Notes under the pieces: generated by a model
The model's input: only the letters and a program-made list of their open reading frames with translations
What the model was told of the DNA's origin: nothing
The model's database searches: none
Translations under genes and position numbers: made by a program
Source: Bigelowiella natans CCMP2755
Lineage: Eukaryota > Protista > Cercozoa
Assembly (NCBI GenBank): GCA_000320545.1
Contig: ADNK01002279.1
Location: 17,040 to 81,039, forward strand
Direction of reading: 5' to 3'
DNA: 64,000 nt
Part shown: positions 54,033 through 64,000 of the stretch, piece by piece
Numbering within the stretch: the stretch's first letter is position 1
Layout of the letters: every line of letters begins with the position of its first letter

Positions 54033-54860
54033 ATGCGAGCAGCGGGAAAGAAGTCTCCACTGGCTCAGAAGGTCGGGGGGTGGGCCACAAAGGTGTCTGT
54101 GTTTCCGCGACGAAGCAAAGGTGCAGTCAAAGGCTGCCACGTTCGGGTGTGGTTTCCTCGGAGTGCCAGAGAGCGCAACATGCCATTGTCGAAACACCGT
54201 CAGTTCAACAGCCAGCTGTTTGAGAGCGAGCAAGCTGCACACGATGGCGTGAGGGCATTCGTGTTGTCCTTGGAGACCACGCTGCACAATCATGGCGGCC
54301 GTCCCAAGAAGAGAAGTGTCACTGTTGACGATGACTGCAGTTCTGGCAATGCACATGACAGCAACAAGAAGACACGCGTGGAGGTCCGGAATTCTTCTCG
54401 TCGACTGCAGCGCTCATTGGATGTGCACAGGCGCAAACAATTTGCAGATGCTGTGGTGAAAGTTCTGAAAGACACGATCAAGGACAGCACACACAACGAG
54501 CTGTTGCTGGTGAACGACAGTGAGGTGTGCAGGGGCAACAACGTGCCATGGTCTGACGTTTCTTCGAAACAAGCATCGAAAGTGACACTTCAGGCACAGG
54601 CCATGGTCGCGCACCACACGGTGCTGTGCAATGAATTGGACGCGAGATTCAAGTCAAATTGCAAGAAGCGCATGGATGCGGAGCTCAACATGGCAAAGAA
54701 GGCGGGATCCATGTGCATCCCACTTGTTGAGGCACGGACACTGAACGAATGGCGTCAGCAGTTCTGCCTGCACGGCGGCCACTTCTTGCTCGATGGGCGC
54801 GGAAAGTGGCAGCGTGAATGGATCTTGAGCGAAGAGAGCTTGGCACAAGAGTTGTTGATC
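54033..54860 (+). pseudogene. N-terminal fragment of a putative DNA transposase, possibly with an AP2-like DNA-binding segment
   Basis: GCHVRVWF...FESEQAAHD resembles the AP2 beta-sheet/helix pattern; ARTLNEWRQQFCLHGGHFLLDGRGKWQREWILSEESLAQEL resembles the HTH-linker region of large eukaryotic IS630/Tc1-like transposases. No catalytic domain follows. Assignment is from recalled patterns only. Confidence 0.4.
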
Positions 54861-55521
54861 CATGCGATGTGGCCATTGGACCTGCAAAGTTTTGCACTTC
54901 AACTGCAAAATCATGTCAGCACCAGCACGCGAGCCAGCCAGCGCCAGCGTTTTCCCAAAGTTTGAGAAATTTCCAGTTCTTCTTGACAAAAATGGTCGGC
55001 AGCCCCCTCAGGCCCTTGAGAGCTTTTGCCATCTGGAAAAAAGTTTGAAATTGGACCAAGCTTTTCGAGTTGGGTCACTTTTTCGGATGCCGGAAAGTGT
55101 GACCGTTTTTTGACCAGGTGTGACTCTTGCTTCAAACAAGGATGAAGTGGAAAGTTTCGACACGTGCACGTGCGTGCGTGCGTGCAAACAATGCTTTGTG
55201 TGCACATTGTCCACCAGCCCCCCCCCTGCAACATTGTTCTCCTGACAAAGTGCAAGCATGACAATGACACGACGTGATGCACTGTGATGCTGCAGTGGCA
55301 TGATGCAATGGCACAACACAGCAGCTAGTGTCGCTTTGCGATGGGTGTGCCTGCACACAACGCCGCCATTGGTGGTCATGATGACATCATCATCATCACT
55401 TGCACATCACACACAATTGTGTCCACATCATCCACTGAATGCACACTCTGGACACACAGAAGTGGCGCTGCTTTCACCACCACCCCCCGTGCTCATTGCA
55501 TCAAGCAAGCCACCGCGAATG

Positions 55522-57179
55522 CTAAAAAATCTTTGCGTTGTTGAAAAATGTAGCGCCATTGTGGCTACGCGATGTGACATTTTTGCGTTGCAGCAGCGAG
55601 AAAGCAGTCGTCGACGCCTCACACTGCGCCTTGAACATCGCACCGGCAGCAACCGTGGCATTTCTCACCGAAGCTGCATAGCGACCATATTGGGCAGTAA
55701 TCGAGTTCTCGTCTGGCACACAGGCGAACGCTGTTGCATTCTTTCCTCCACGACCTAGGACAGCAGCAACACCTGTTCCTTCTCCTAGGGCTGCTCCAAG
55801 AATGCGTGTGAGCGCCAGCATCAACATCTTCGCCCCAGCATGGACCGATAGGGGATATCCGGTGCGCATATTGCTGCCAGACCTGTGGCATTCAAAGCTT
55901 AGGCAACGATGATTTGGAAAACAGGAAATATTGGAGAAAGAGATAGACAGAGAGAGAGAGAGAGAGACAGAGAGAGGAACCCTATGCTATCCACGTAGCT
56001 TCGCGCAATTCCCTGAAGCCCTCGGAACGTCTGGCTTGGATCTAGCATGGCCTTCACGACTCCCTTGAAAAACGGCCACATTGCAAATATCAGCTCAATA
56101 ATTGAGATTTCGAGAAAGAATTGACTCTGGCCAGCAGGTGGATAAAATACACTACTAGACACATTCGCACAAACACTTAGAGACTTGATCTGTGACAAGT
56201 AATCCCCACAAATGCAATGAACATGAGTCAATAGCCGGAAGGTTTACCGGCCCTGTCTCTTTGAGAGCATATAGCGCCGAAGCAGGCACCATGTGCATGA
56301 TAGCCCCGTCCTCCCGCAGCAGCTTCACGAGCTCCAGGACTGCACAGTCACAAACGAACATATTTTGCTGAACTGCAAGAGAGCCGATGCCAACAGACAA
56401 CACGCCATTGTTACCCAAGGAAAAAAAAAAAAAAACGGAGAAATAACCCGGAACAGCCCACACATACGATCTACTCATGCGCGTGGCCATCCAACAATGA
56501 CGAAATTACGAGTCGTTGTTATTTCGTCAATCCGAAACCAAAGTTACCCAGTCGAAGCGGGCCGTGGAACTCTCTTGCCAGCACCTGCCGTGCGTACACA
56601 GCAGCCTGGGTGGCGTTAGCAAAAGGCGGGGGGGGCGAGGGAGGCACAAGCCCCTCACAATTGATGAGCAGATCGAGCTCCTTGTAATCCCTCTGGATCA
56701 CCTTCGCAATGCGCTGCGAACACCGGTACGAGGAAAGGGCAACATAGGGACAATTTGAAAAGAGAGAAAAGGATAAGGGAGGTTATTAGAAACAAACGGA
56801 AGAACTGCTTCTAAGCGACACACATAATCCTTTCTCCCTATCATTCGAAGCAAAAAGGTCAAACTACAATTTGGAACGACGGCAACACCGAAAATCCTGC
56901 CTTCCCTTCTCCCCCCCCCCCCTTGCCATAGACTACGATTCCCCACTAATAGACTCGCGCAAACAGGCAACAAGCACATCGCCAAACGCCCCAACCTGAA
57001 TGGAACCCAAAGAGGTCAGATCTATCTGCACTGGAATCGCCTCTGCAATGGCCTTGAAACACATTTAACAAGCGACAGGGCCGCTACGGTATGAGCACGG
57101 CCTTGCACTGCTAGCAACATTATCTCAACGCAGTAACAAAACAGAGAGCCAACGACACAACACACAAAGCCAACGACAC

Positions 57180-57215
<36 letters not shown>

Positions 57216-57497
57216 TACAAAAACGTGGCGGATATACATCCAAAACCGAGCTTGCTCCACAGGATATTTCTCGCAAAAAACACGTTGCTTCGGCTAGTTG
57301 TATGCCAAGTCTCGCCGCAACTTAAACGCACAGCCCCAGGACTCAACTCTCACCTTTTGCGTGAGCTGCTCGCACGCCTTCCTAGCTTGCTCGAACGTAG
57401 GAGCCGCAATGAAGAGAGTGAGTGAATGCTCTTTCTCCATGAGTCGATGTGCTATAGCATAGCCAATGCCAGTGTGCCCTCCGACAACAAGACCAAC
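55522..57497 (-). CDS. Short-chain dehydrogenase/reductase, carbonyl-reductase-like, atypical active site (5' end may join upstream exons)
   Basis: Exons give VGLVVGGHTGIGYAIAHRL (GxxxGxG), VQIDLTSLGSIQ, YKELDLLINCEG (NNAG position), LLREDGAIMHMV, GYPLSVHAGAKMLMLALTRIL (YxxxK position reads HxxxK). Confidence 0.75.
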
Positions 57498-57769
57498 CTG
57501 CACGTGGACAGCACTCAATGAGAGGACGGAGAGACGGAATGAAGGAAATACGTGCTAATTGCAGGAGAGACAAAACGAAGAGTGTAGGAGCAGATGTACG
57601 TCCACAAAGGGCGGAAGAGCAAGACACACTGATTAGAACTCTCAGTACTCAAGAGAATAGCAAAAATGCTCAAACCCTCCTCTTCTCACACCCCTCCCCG
57701 CATGGAGGGCACTCGGTTGTTGAAAGATCGTTTCTGGAGAACATCAATTTACCCGCCATTTCTTCGGCC

Positions 57770-60700
57770 TCAAATGGCCGGGGGGGATTGCCACAGGATT
57801 ATCGTCGGGCCGGCCGAATATAGACCGCACGACGTTCACATCCTCCGAGTGCTCCGAGGAAGTTGTCAGCAGGTTCGAGGGAAGCTGCGTGTGTGTGTGT
57901 GTGTGTGGTGGATAGGTGAGGCTCCAGAATGAAAATAACCGGAGAAGCTACTGAGCGACTGCCCGGTAACATAAAGTGGATTGCATGCTGCAATGCATGT
58001 GTATAACACATATAACATACATAAATATCAAACATGTGCTAATGCATGTACACGATGGCAGATCATTAACGCGTGCAACCTGCTTTTTGTATTCTCTCAT
58101 TTCACGGCGAAAGTGCGGCATCATCCAATGCTCCCCATGCACAAGAGGGTCGTAGTAGAAGCTAGTCCCGTTGTTTGCAGCACCAGCTGCTGTGGTTTTT
58201 CCTTTCACCGATTTCTTCTTCCTTTTCTTGACAGCCGGCACGCCGCCATCTTCCGACTCGGCCTCGTAGACTTCCTCCTCACCTTCATCGTCATCTATTC
58301 CGCCTGCGAAGTCACTGAAGGAATGCTCCGTGCAGCTGGTGGAGGCAATGATTTCGTCCATCTTGCGTGTTTAGTGACACATACGGGTTAGCACGGAGTG
58401 GGTTTCGAGCAATACATAGAATCTACAGACGCATAGGCGCAGTTCATAATAAAAAATACACATTCAACTAAACAGAAGGTTCATATACAAATATAAGGAC
58501 TGCGAGCAAGTAGGAGAGTAGAGGCCGCAAAGATTGCCATTTTTTTAGCCGATTTTCTGACCTTCCTTTCTCGGAAAATGAAAAGAGGCTTGCCATTGCT
58601 GTCAAGGATAAGTGCCTTAGCGGGAGGCCGCCCCTCCCCTAACAACGTAAAATGCGGCCATTAGTTTCTTGCAATACAGAGGAAAATGATTGTAACTTAA
58701 ATAACCCTACAGGTAATTAGAGATTCCTATTCTCTCTTTCGCTCTCCCCGCCCCTCCCCCCGTCCTCTAAATTTTGGTGTCGTAAACCATACCCACAGAA
58801 TAGGACTCAATCGATAATTTCACGAAAAGTTTTTCGCTCTTATTAATACGCACCATTCCAAATAAGACACTTCCGTCGCCGCCTAAATACGCATTCAGTT
58901 TTCATATAAGTAGTGCTCTTCATTGGTATAATAGAGAGTGAGATCTCTTCATCACTCTCCCTCTCTGCCGCCCCCCTCCCCCCCCCCCCCACCCTTTTCT
59001 CCCCACTATTCCCTCGTCTCTCCGCTAGCACGTGGATGTTGTATTAGTGAATATAGAGAACCTTCGCTCCGCATATTCCTTGTTCCATAGGTTCTCATGA
59101 TCTTCAATGACATTATCCTTTTGCAGCATCATCTGTGAATGCTTCGCTTTGAAGGCCTCATCGTCCTCTGTAGTATCTTCGTTCTTGCTCTCCTCCTCAT
59201 CTTCATCTTCGTCATCGTCGCTGTCTAAATCGTCCTCCGCCTCCTCATCTTTGAGATCCTCCCAGCCCTCGCCCAAACTGAGAGTGCGAGTGGCGCAATT
59301 CAAACGATGCTACGAAACCCCATTTGCAAGTGGTGCAAAGACAACGCCGACACCAGAAAGAAAGCGAAAGACTTCCCTTCTCACGCCCCCTCTGCCTCTT
59401 CGAGTATTCTATTCCTAAACTCGTCCGAGCATGCCCACCACACCTGTGCTGCTCCATCTTCGCCTTCCTATCCCTTTTTGCCTTCATCCGCGCGAATCTT
59501 CACCGATATTTTGCCCAAACACAAAACAAAGATGCGGTTGCGTTATCATCAATCATCGAAATCTCGCCGCACACACGCGCTGGGAGGAAAACTCGAGCGC
59601 GGGAAACAACTCGTAGTTATCTATCGATTATGCGTATGCCGGTCTGCTAGGAATCAAGGTGCATCGGAAAGGTGTCATTCTCACTAGCAAAAACAACACG
59701 GGGACGAAAAGTAGCGTTTTTCGGCGCTTTTCACTCACTGGGTCTCTTTATCGCGGATTGTGGCGATTTTGAGAGGAATGGCGAACGTCCCGGCCTTGCG
59801 CCCATTGATCTTCGGGAGCTCTGGGACTACAGGGTTCTTCTTCTTCGGCTGTGATTCTCTGGCCTGCTGCTCCCCGTTCCATGCCTTTTTGTTTTGGGTA
59901 TGCGAATAATGATGCAGTGGTATAGATGATGTGTGCTCAAGTTGAATTTTCGGCGAGATTGGCGATTTGATTTCGAGCGGGCGCTGCGGATGCCAGAGTA
60001 TGGGCGCTACCTTCACGTATTCGTCTCTCTCGCCATCAGCTAACTCATAGCCCAATCGGACCCCATTACTTTCACATGGGTACGTGTATAGCCTTGGGAG
60101 AGGGGTGGGGTGGGGGGGGAGGGTTGAAGGACATATCACCGACCGATGCGGTTAGATGCAATATGAACCTCGACTTTTTGCCATACACACAATGTAATCA
60201 TGTGCAGATAACAGGTGCCTTTTCTCTCTCCCCCCCCCTCCCTCCCCCCAACCCCTCTTCCTCTCTCCAGCAGCTCTGCTTGCGAACAAAGGTACCCCTC
60301 AACTCCATCGTCGAATCGTATGGAAATAGGCCATTTCGCGATTTTCTTGGTGGTTGGGTTGCAGAAGGGAGCACCGACGCGAGGGGAGGGGCAAAAGCAG
60401 AAGGGGTACATACGCAAGAACAGGAGGCAAACATAGGCATCAGACTAATCCTGCACAGGACTCAATGCGATGAGTTCCTTACTTTGCACTGCGTTGTGAT
60501 TACAAGCTATTCGGCGTAAGCTAGGGTCTGCTCTGGCGATGTGTTTTGATTCCTACCTTTGTTTCAGGGCCGGCAAGCTTCGTTCGCACTAGATTCATGC
60601 CGCCCACCGATGTGATAACACCCTTGCGCCAACCTGCGACATCATTGCGCAGTTAAGACCGGAGTTTAGATTAACAGAGAGAACTCAGCAGAGTTGTTGT

Positions 60701-62208
60701 GTAATTCTTGCCGTAGTGACAGCAGTAGCAGCAGCAACAACAATGCTGAGGATGATGCGGCGAGTCAGCCAGTTTAAAAAAAAACACTGGTAAAACCCAA
60801 TGCACTCCGCAAGAAAAGCCGAAGGTAAACCGAAAAAATGTGCGAAGTAATTCTATTTTTCTTCCTTTCATCGCGATACTGACCGTCTCTTCGCATTACT
60901 CGCACACCGAAGCCCTCGAAAGGCACCGAGTATGTATGGAGAGTGCTGCAGTTCATGTTTTCTGCAGGAAAATAGAAGAGAGAGAAGAAAGAGCATTTCC
61001 GACGAGATTCAAAACGAGACAGGGAAGAGGCAAGAAACGGCTCAAGCGCTATTTAACCGAGAAATCAAGGCAACGTGGCAGCAGACGATTAAAAAAAAGA
61101 AGAAATCTAAGACACAGTACCAAAAAAGCTGTACATTCGCAGCATGTTTTGCGGCGCGGCGACGGGCCACAGATGCCTTTTCTTTAGGTCTTCATGAAGG
61201 ATCTTCGAGCCCGTCTTCTCCTGCCAAAACAACGATGACAACCATTCAAACCACCGCACATCCTGAGAAAGCAAATCCCGCCCAAATTCGCTCATTCTTT
61301 CCGCGTGTTTCCAGCTTTCGAGCGAGTGTATATGTATGCGAAGAGTGAACATGGCAGGAGCCTCTCGCGATAGGAGAGGCGCATGGAACCTGCGCCACTT
61401 TCTCCCACTTCCGGTAGCGTCGCCTTTGCACGCGCTCGTCCTCTTCCACTTGCGCTCGCAGGGAGTGGTTTGTGGGCATTCTGCGTGCCATCACACATCG
61501 TGCAGGTGGAGGGGAAAGCAAAGGCCGCAGTTGGTATTAGGATATAGTACGCATATAAAAATGCCTAGTTTTACGAGGCCCCCCAGGGGCAAATATCAAA
61601 AATGAATAATGTATTGAAAGCATAGGACGGATTGTGCCGATTAGACGACAAATGTCTGAACAGCGGAGAAGAGTCCACACAGAGGAAGTGTCGGCGGCTC
61701 CTTGATCCGGTATGGATTCGAACGCAAAAGATTAATACATTTTGAAAGATATACTCGCGAAAAATGTTCTTGTAGTGTTTCAGCCTACTACTACATCTAC
61801 TATTACTACTACATCTACTACTTTGCTAGCAGCTTCCTTAGCCCTTCCCCTGCCCTTCCAGCCTTTGGAGAGTTCCTGTCGCATGTAGTCATCATGTTAA
61901 AGTGCTGAATTTGGCTTAAAGTTGTTCTTTAATGCCCATATTCAATACGATTTATACTAATGCTTTGCTTTAAAAAACGCAAGAGAGACGGAATGATGAA
62001 GGAGTATACAACCACTGCCCAGTAATTTCTTGGTACTCTTCCAAATACTTATCTTTGCTGTCAATCCTAAAAACGGTGCAGACTTGGGTGAGGAGGCTGT
62101 TAGTACGCGACGATATTCCTACAGCAATAGCCGCAGTGATCATGGCTAGCATCATGCAAAAGGCCTTCATTCACGCCACCGGTGCTTGGTGATTTTGGAA
62201 CACAAACA

Positions 62209-62284
<76 letters not shown>

Positions 62285-62400
62285 ATAATATAAATATATC
62301 TATGGAGGCGTTGAACTTATCCGCACAATTTCTTGAGAAGGTCCATATCAAGGAAGCTCTTTGGCCTTTCATCGGGGACTGCCATCTTCTTCCCGGGATC
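57770..62400 (-). CDS. Uncharacterised multi-exon gene(s) with acidic low-complexity segments and a signal-peptide-like exon; may be the 5' part of the SDR gene
   Basis: Open exons: MKAFCMMLAMITAAIAVGISSRTNSLLTQ (~62170-62085), EKTGSKILHEDLKKRHLWP (~61220), GVRLGYELADGERDEYVKVAPILWHPQRP (~60070-59940), acidic exons ~59290-59070 and ~58361-58080. Confidence 0.5.
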
Positions 62401-62553
62401 TAGATCTGAGCGCAACGTGGGCCGTTTGCGAAGGGGAGACAGAAACAGCAGGATACACCAACACAATGCGGAGATTATGATGATGTGTGAGAGAGAGCCA
62501 GGTTTGCTAGCACAGCAAAAATTCTTATTAAATGCTTTAGAATGCCATCCGGG

Positions 62554-64000
62554 TCAAAAATGTTCCGATTTTATTCGGTGATTAGCGTGCGTGGCGTCGC
62601 AGCAGTTCTCGAGATCTTCGAGGCCGATCACAGTTTTTATTGCCCTACTTGCTACGCTACCCCTCTCCCCCACCTCGCTCAATTCTAATTGTACTACTTT
62701 TCCGCGGTAAACGGATAGGGGGGGGCGGCGACGTGTCCTCCTGCTCGTTGACACGGTCCTTTCTCCTTGCCAAGCGGTGAGTTCGCTTTTTGAATGAGGG
62801 AAAATACAAAACGATATGCGTTGTGATGTCATCTTTCTGTTTATCGCTGTGTTTGTTTAGGTAATAATTTAATATATATATATATATATATATGTGTATA
62901 TTGTTGCTCTATATATGTTGGGTATTTCGCACAAATTATACAGTGGGCCGCCTTTCTAGATTGGGACAACTAGCGTGAGAATAGCACCTGCTTTGGTAAT
63001 GGCTTCGAATAGAGCATCTCTTTCAGCCTTTCCTATGATCCGATAAAAAGAGAGAAAACACGCCAAGAATCACGTCATCTTGTCCGCCGACGAACTACTA
63101 ACACAACGCATGCATACCCCCCCCCCTTTCACGAGGGCAGCGCGCGGTGTTTCAAATCGTGCGCCTATGGGCTCGACTACCGCTTCGTCGTCGGGATCGA
63201 AGTATCTTCCATCTCCAAATCTATAGTCAATCACGTTCCTGGGCAGTATGGATTGGGTAGAGTATGAATAAGGCCGATTCGTCACGTGGTTGGGGCAACG
63301 CGCCACTGCGACTTCAGCGGTGTATCACATCTCGCTTCAAACATTTTAGTTAGCAATTTAGGGTAGAAATGCGCTTGCGGCTCCGCCCAAGAACGGCATG
63401 GGATGTGTCGTTGGTGGATAACCAGTATTCTATCAGCTCTCGGTATAGAGCGATGAAGTCCTCCTTAGTCACGTTCCGAACATCGTCGAACGTTAGTTGC
63501 TGGCAGAGACAGCAGTGGTTGCATTAGAAAGATATATCTCTTGAATTAAAATATAAATATTTATACATATATATATATATATATATACATACATACATAT
63601 ATAAATATTATATAGGTACGTATGTAATAGTACGAGGGAGAACAAGGAGAAATATCAGAGAGACAATTCAATATATCGTTATAACAACGAAGAAGGCAAA
63701 TATATTAGTACAACGGGATCTGATTCCACAGCTTACAGCGATGTGCTCACAACCTGCGGAGACTGGTTTTCGATAGCCCATCCATACTCGCCCAAGTAGT
63801 GCTGCATCACTGTTTTGCAGAGATATATTTTATATATATATAACATAAACATATATAGACAGACTAGATGGTAACGACCGTTGTAAACAACTTGCTGCTC
63901 CGATCCCTCAGGAAATCTCTGTTTAGGGACTCTAACGATAGGATGGAAGAGGTGACACAGCATACATGGCAGGGAAAAAACTTAGGGTGGGGAGGGGGCT
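62554..64000 (-). CDS. 3' part of an uncharacterised multi-exon gene continuing beyond the window
   Basis: Open exon-like segments: LCHLFHPIVRVPKQRFPEGSEQQVVYNGRY (~63960-63870), HYLGEYGWAIENQSPQ, LTFDDVRNVTKEDFIALYRELIEYWL, STQSILPRNVIDYRFGDGRYFDPDDEAVVEP. Confidence 0.5.

Larger units (their letters stand above)
49520..55330. mobile_element. Composite repeat/transposon-derived island, completely TpA-free core (49705-55325)
   Basis: No TA found by eye in ~5.6 kb; contains transposase-like fragments, nested palindromes, dispersed-element copy B and frameshifted ORF remnants. Confidence 0.75.

Noticed and set aside
55060-55120. Right terminal inverted repeat ending ...ttttgaccagg followed by an edited TA target site
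   Set aside because: No matching left TIR found in the window.
49705-55325. CpG-methylation decay or fungal-type RIP as the cause of CA/TG excess
   Set aside because: CpG is abundant and TA is absent. C->T processes would remove CG or create TA, and the transposase motifs are restored by TA, not CG.
49705-55325. Foreign insert with an alternative genetic code or unusual codon usage
   Set aside because: TA is missing in all frames and in non-coding palindromes; edges are graded; host genes use the standard code.

Overview
Eukaryotic nuclear DNA, gene-dense and intron-rich, with GT-AG introns full of (TA)n, (CA)n and (GA)n microsatellites. The style suggests a protist or alga, but the taxon cannot be established from the sequence. 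Recognisable host genes are TAF2 (minus strand, ~16 kb, many exons), SF3B5, a KH-KH protein with an importin-alpha-like C-terminal ARM region, a fucosyltransferase-like gene and a carbonyl-reductase-like SDR; several uncharacterised multi-exon genes are also present. Between the genes lie repeat/transposon islands (1-420, ~15.8-16.6 kb, ~22.6-26.4 kb, ~29.1-32.6 kb, ~49.7-55.3 kb) in which the dinucleotide TpA is partly or completely erased while CpG is retained. In a PIF/Harbinger transposase remnant the conserved motifs are restored by changing CA/TG back to TA (GCTGAMDG<-GCIGAIDG, LRLPAGGSCPDTA<-LRLLAGGSYLDIA, GDAAC<-GDAAY). This points to a repeat-targeted, double-stranded A:T->G:C hypermutation process at TpA, a 'reverse RIP' that spares CTAG. 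It is the main candidate for an undescribed genome-defence system. All counts and alignments were done by eye.
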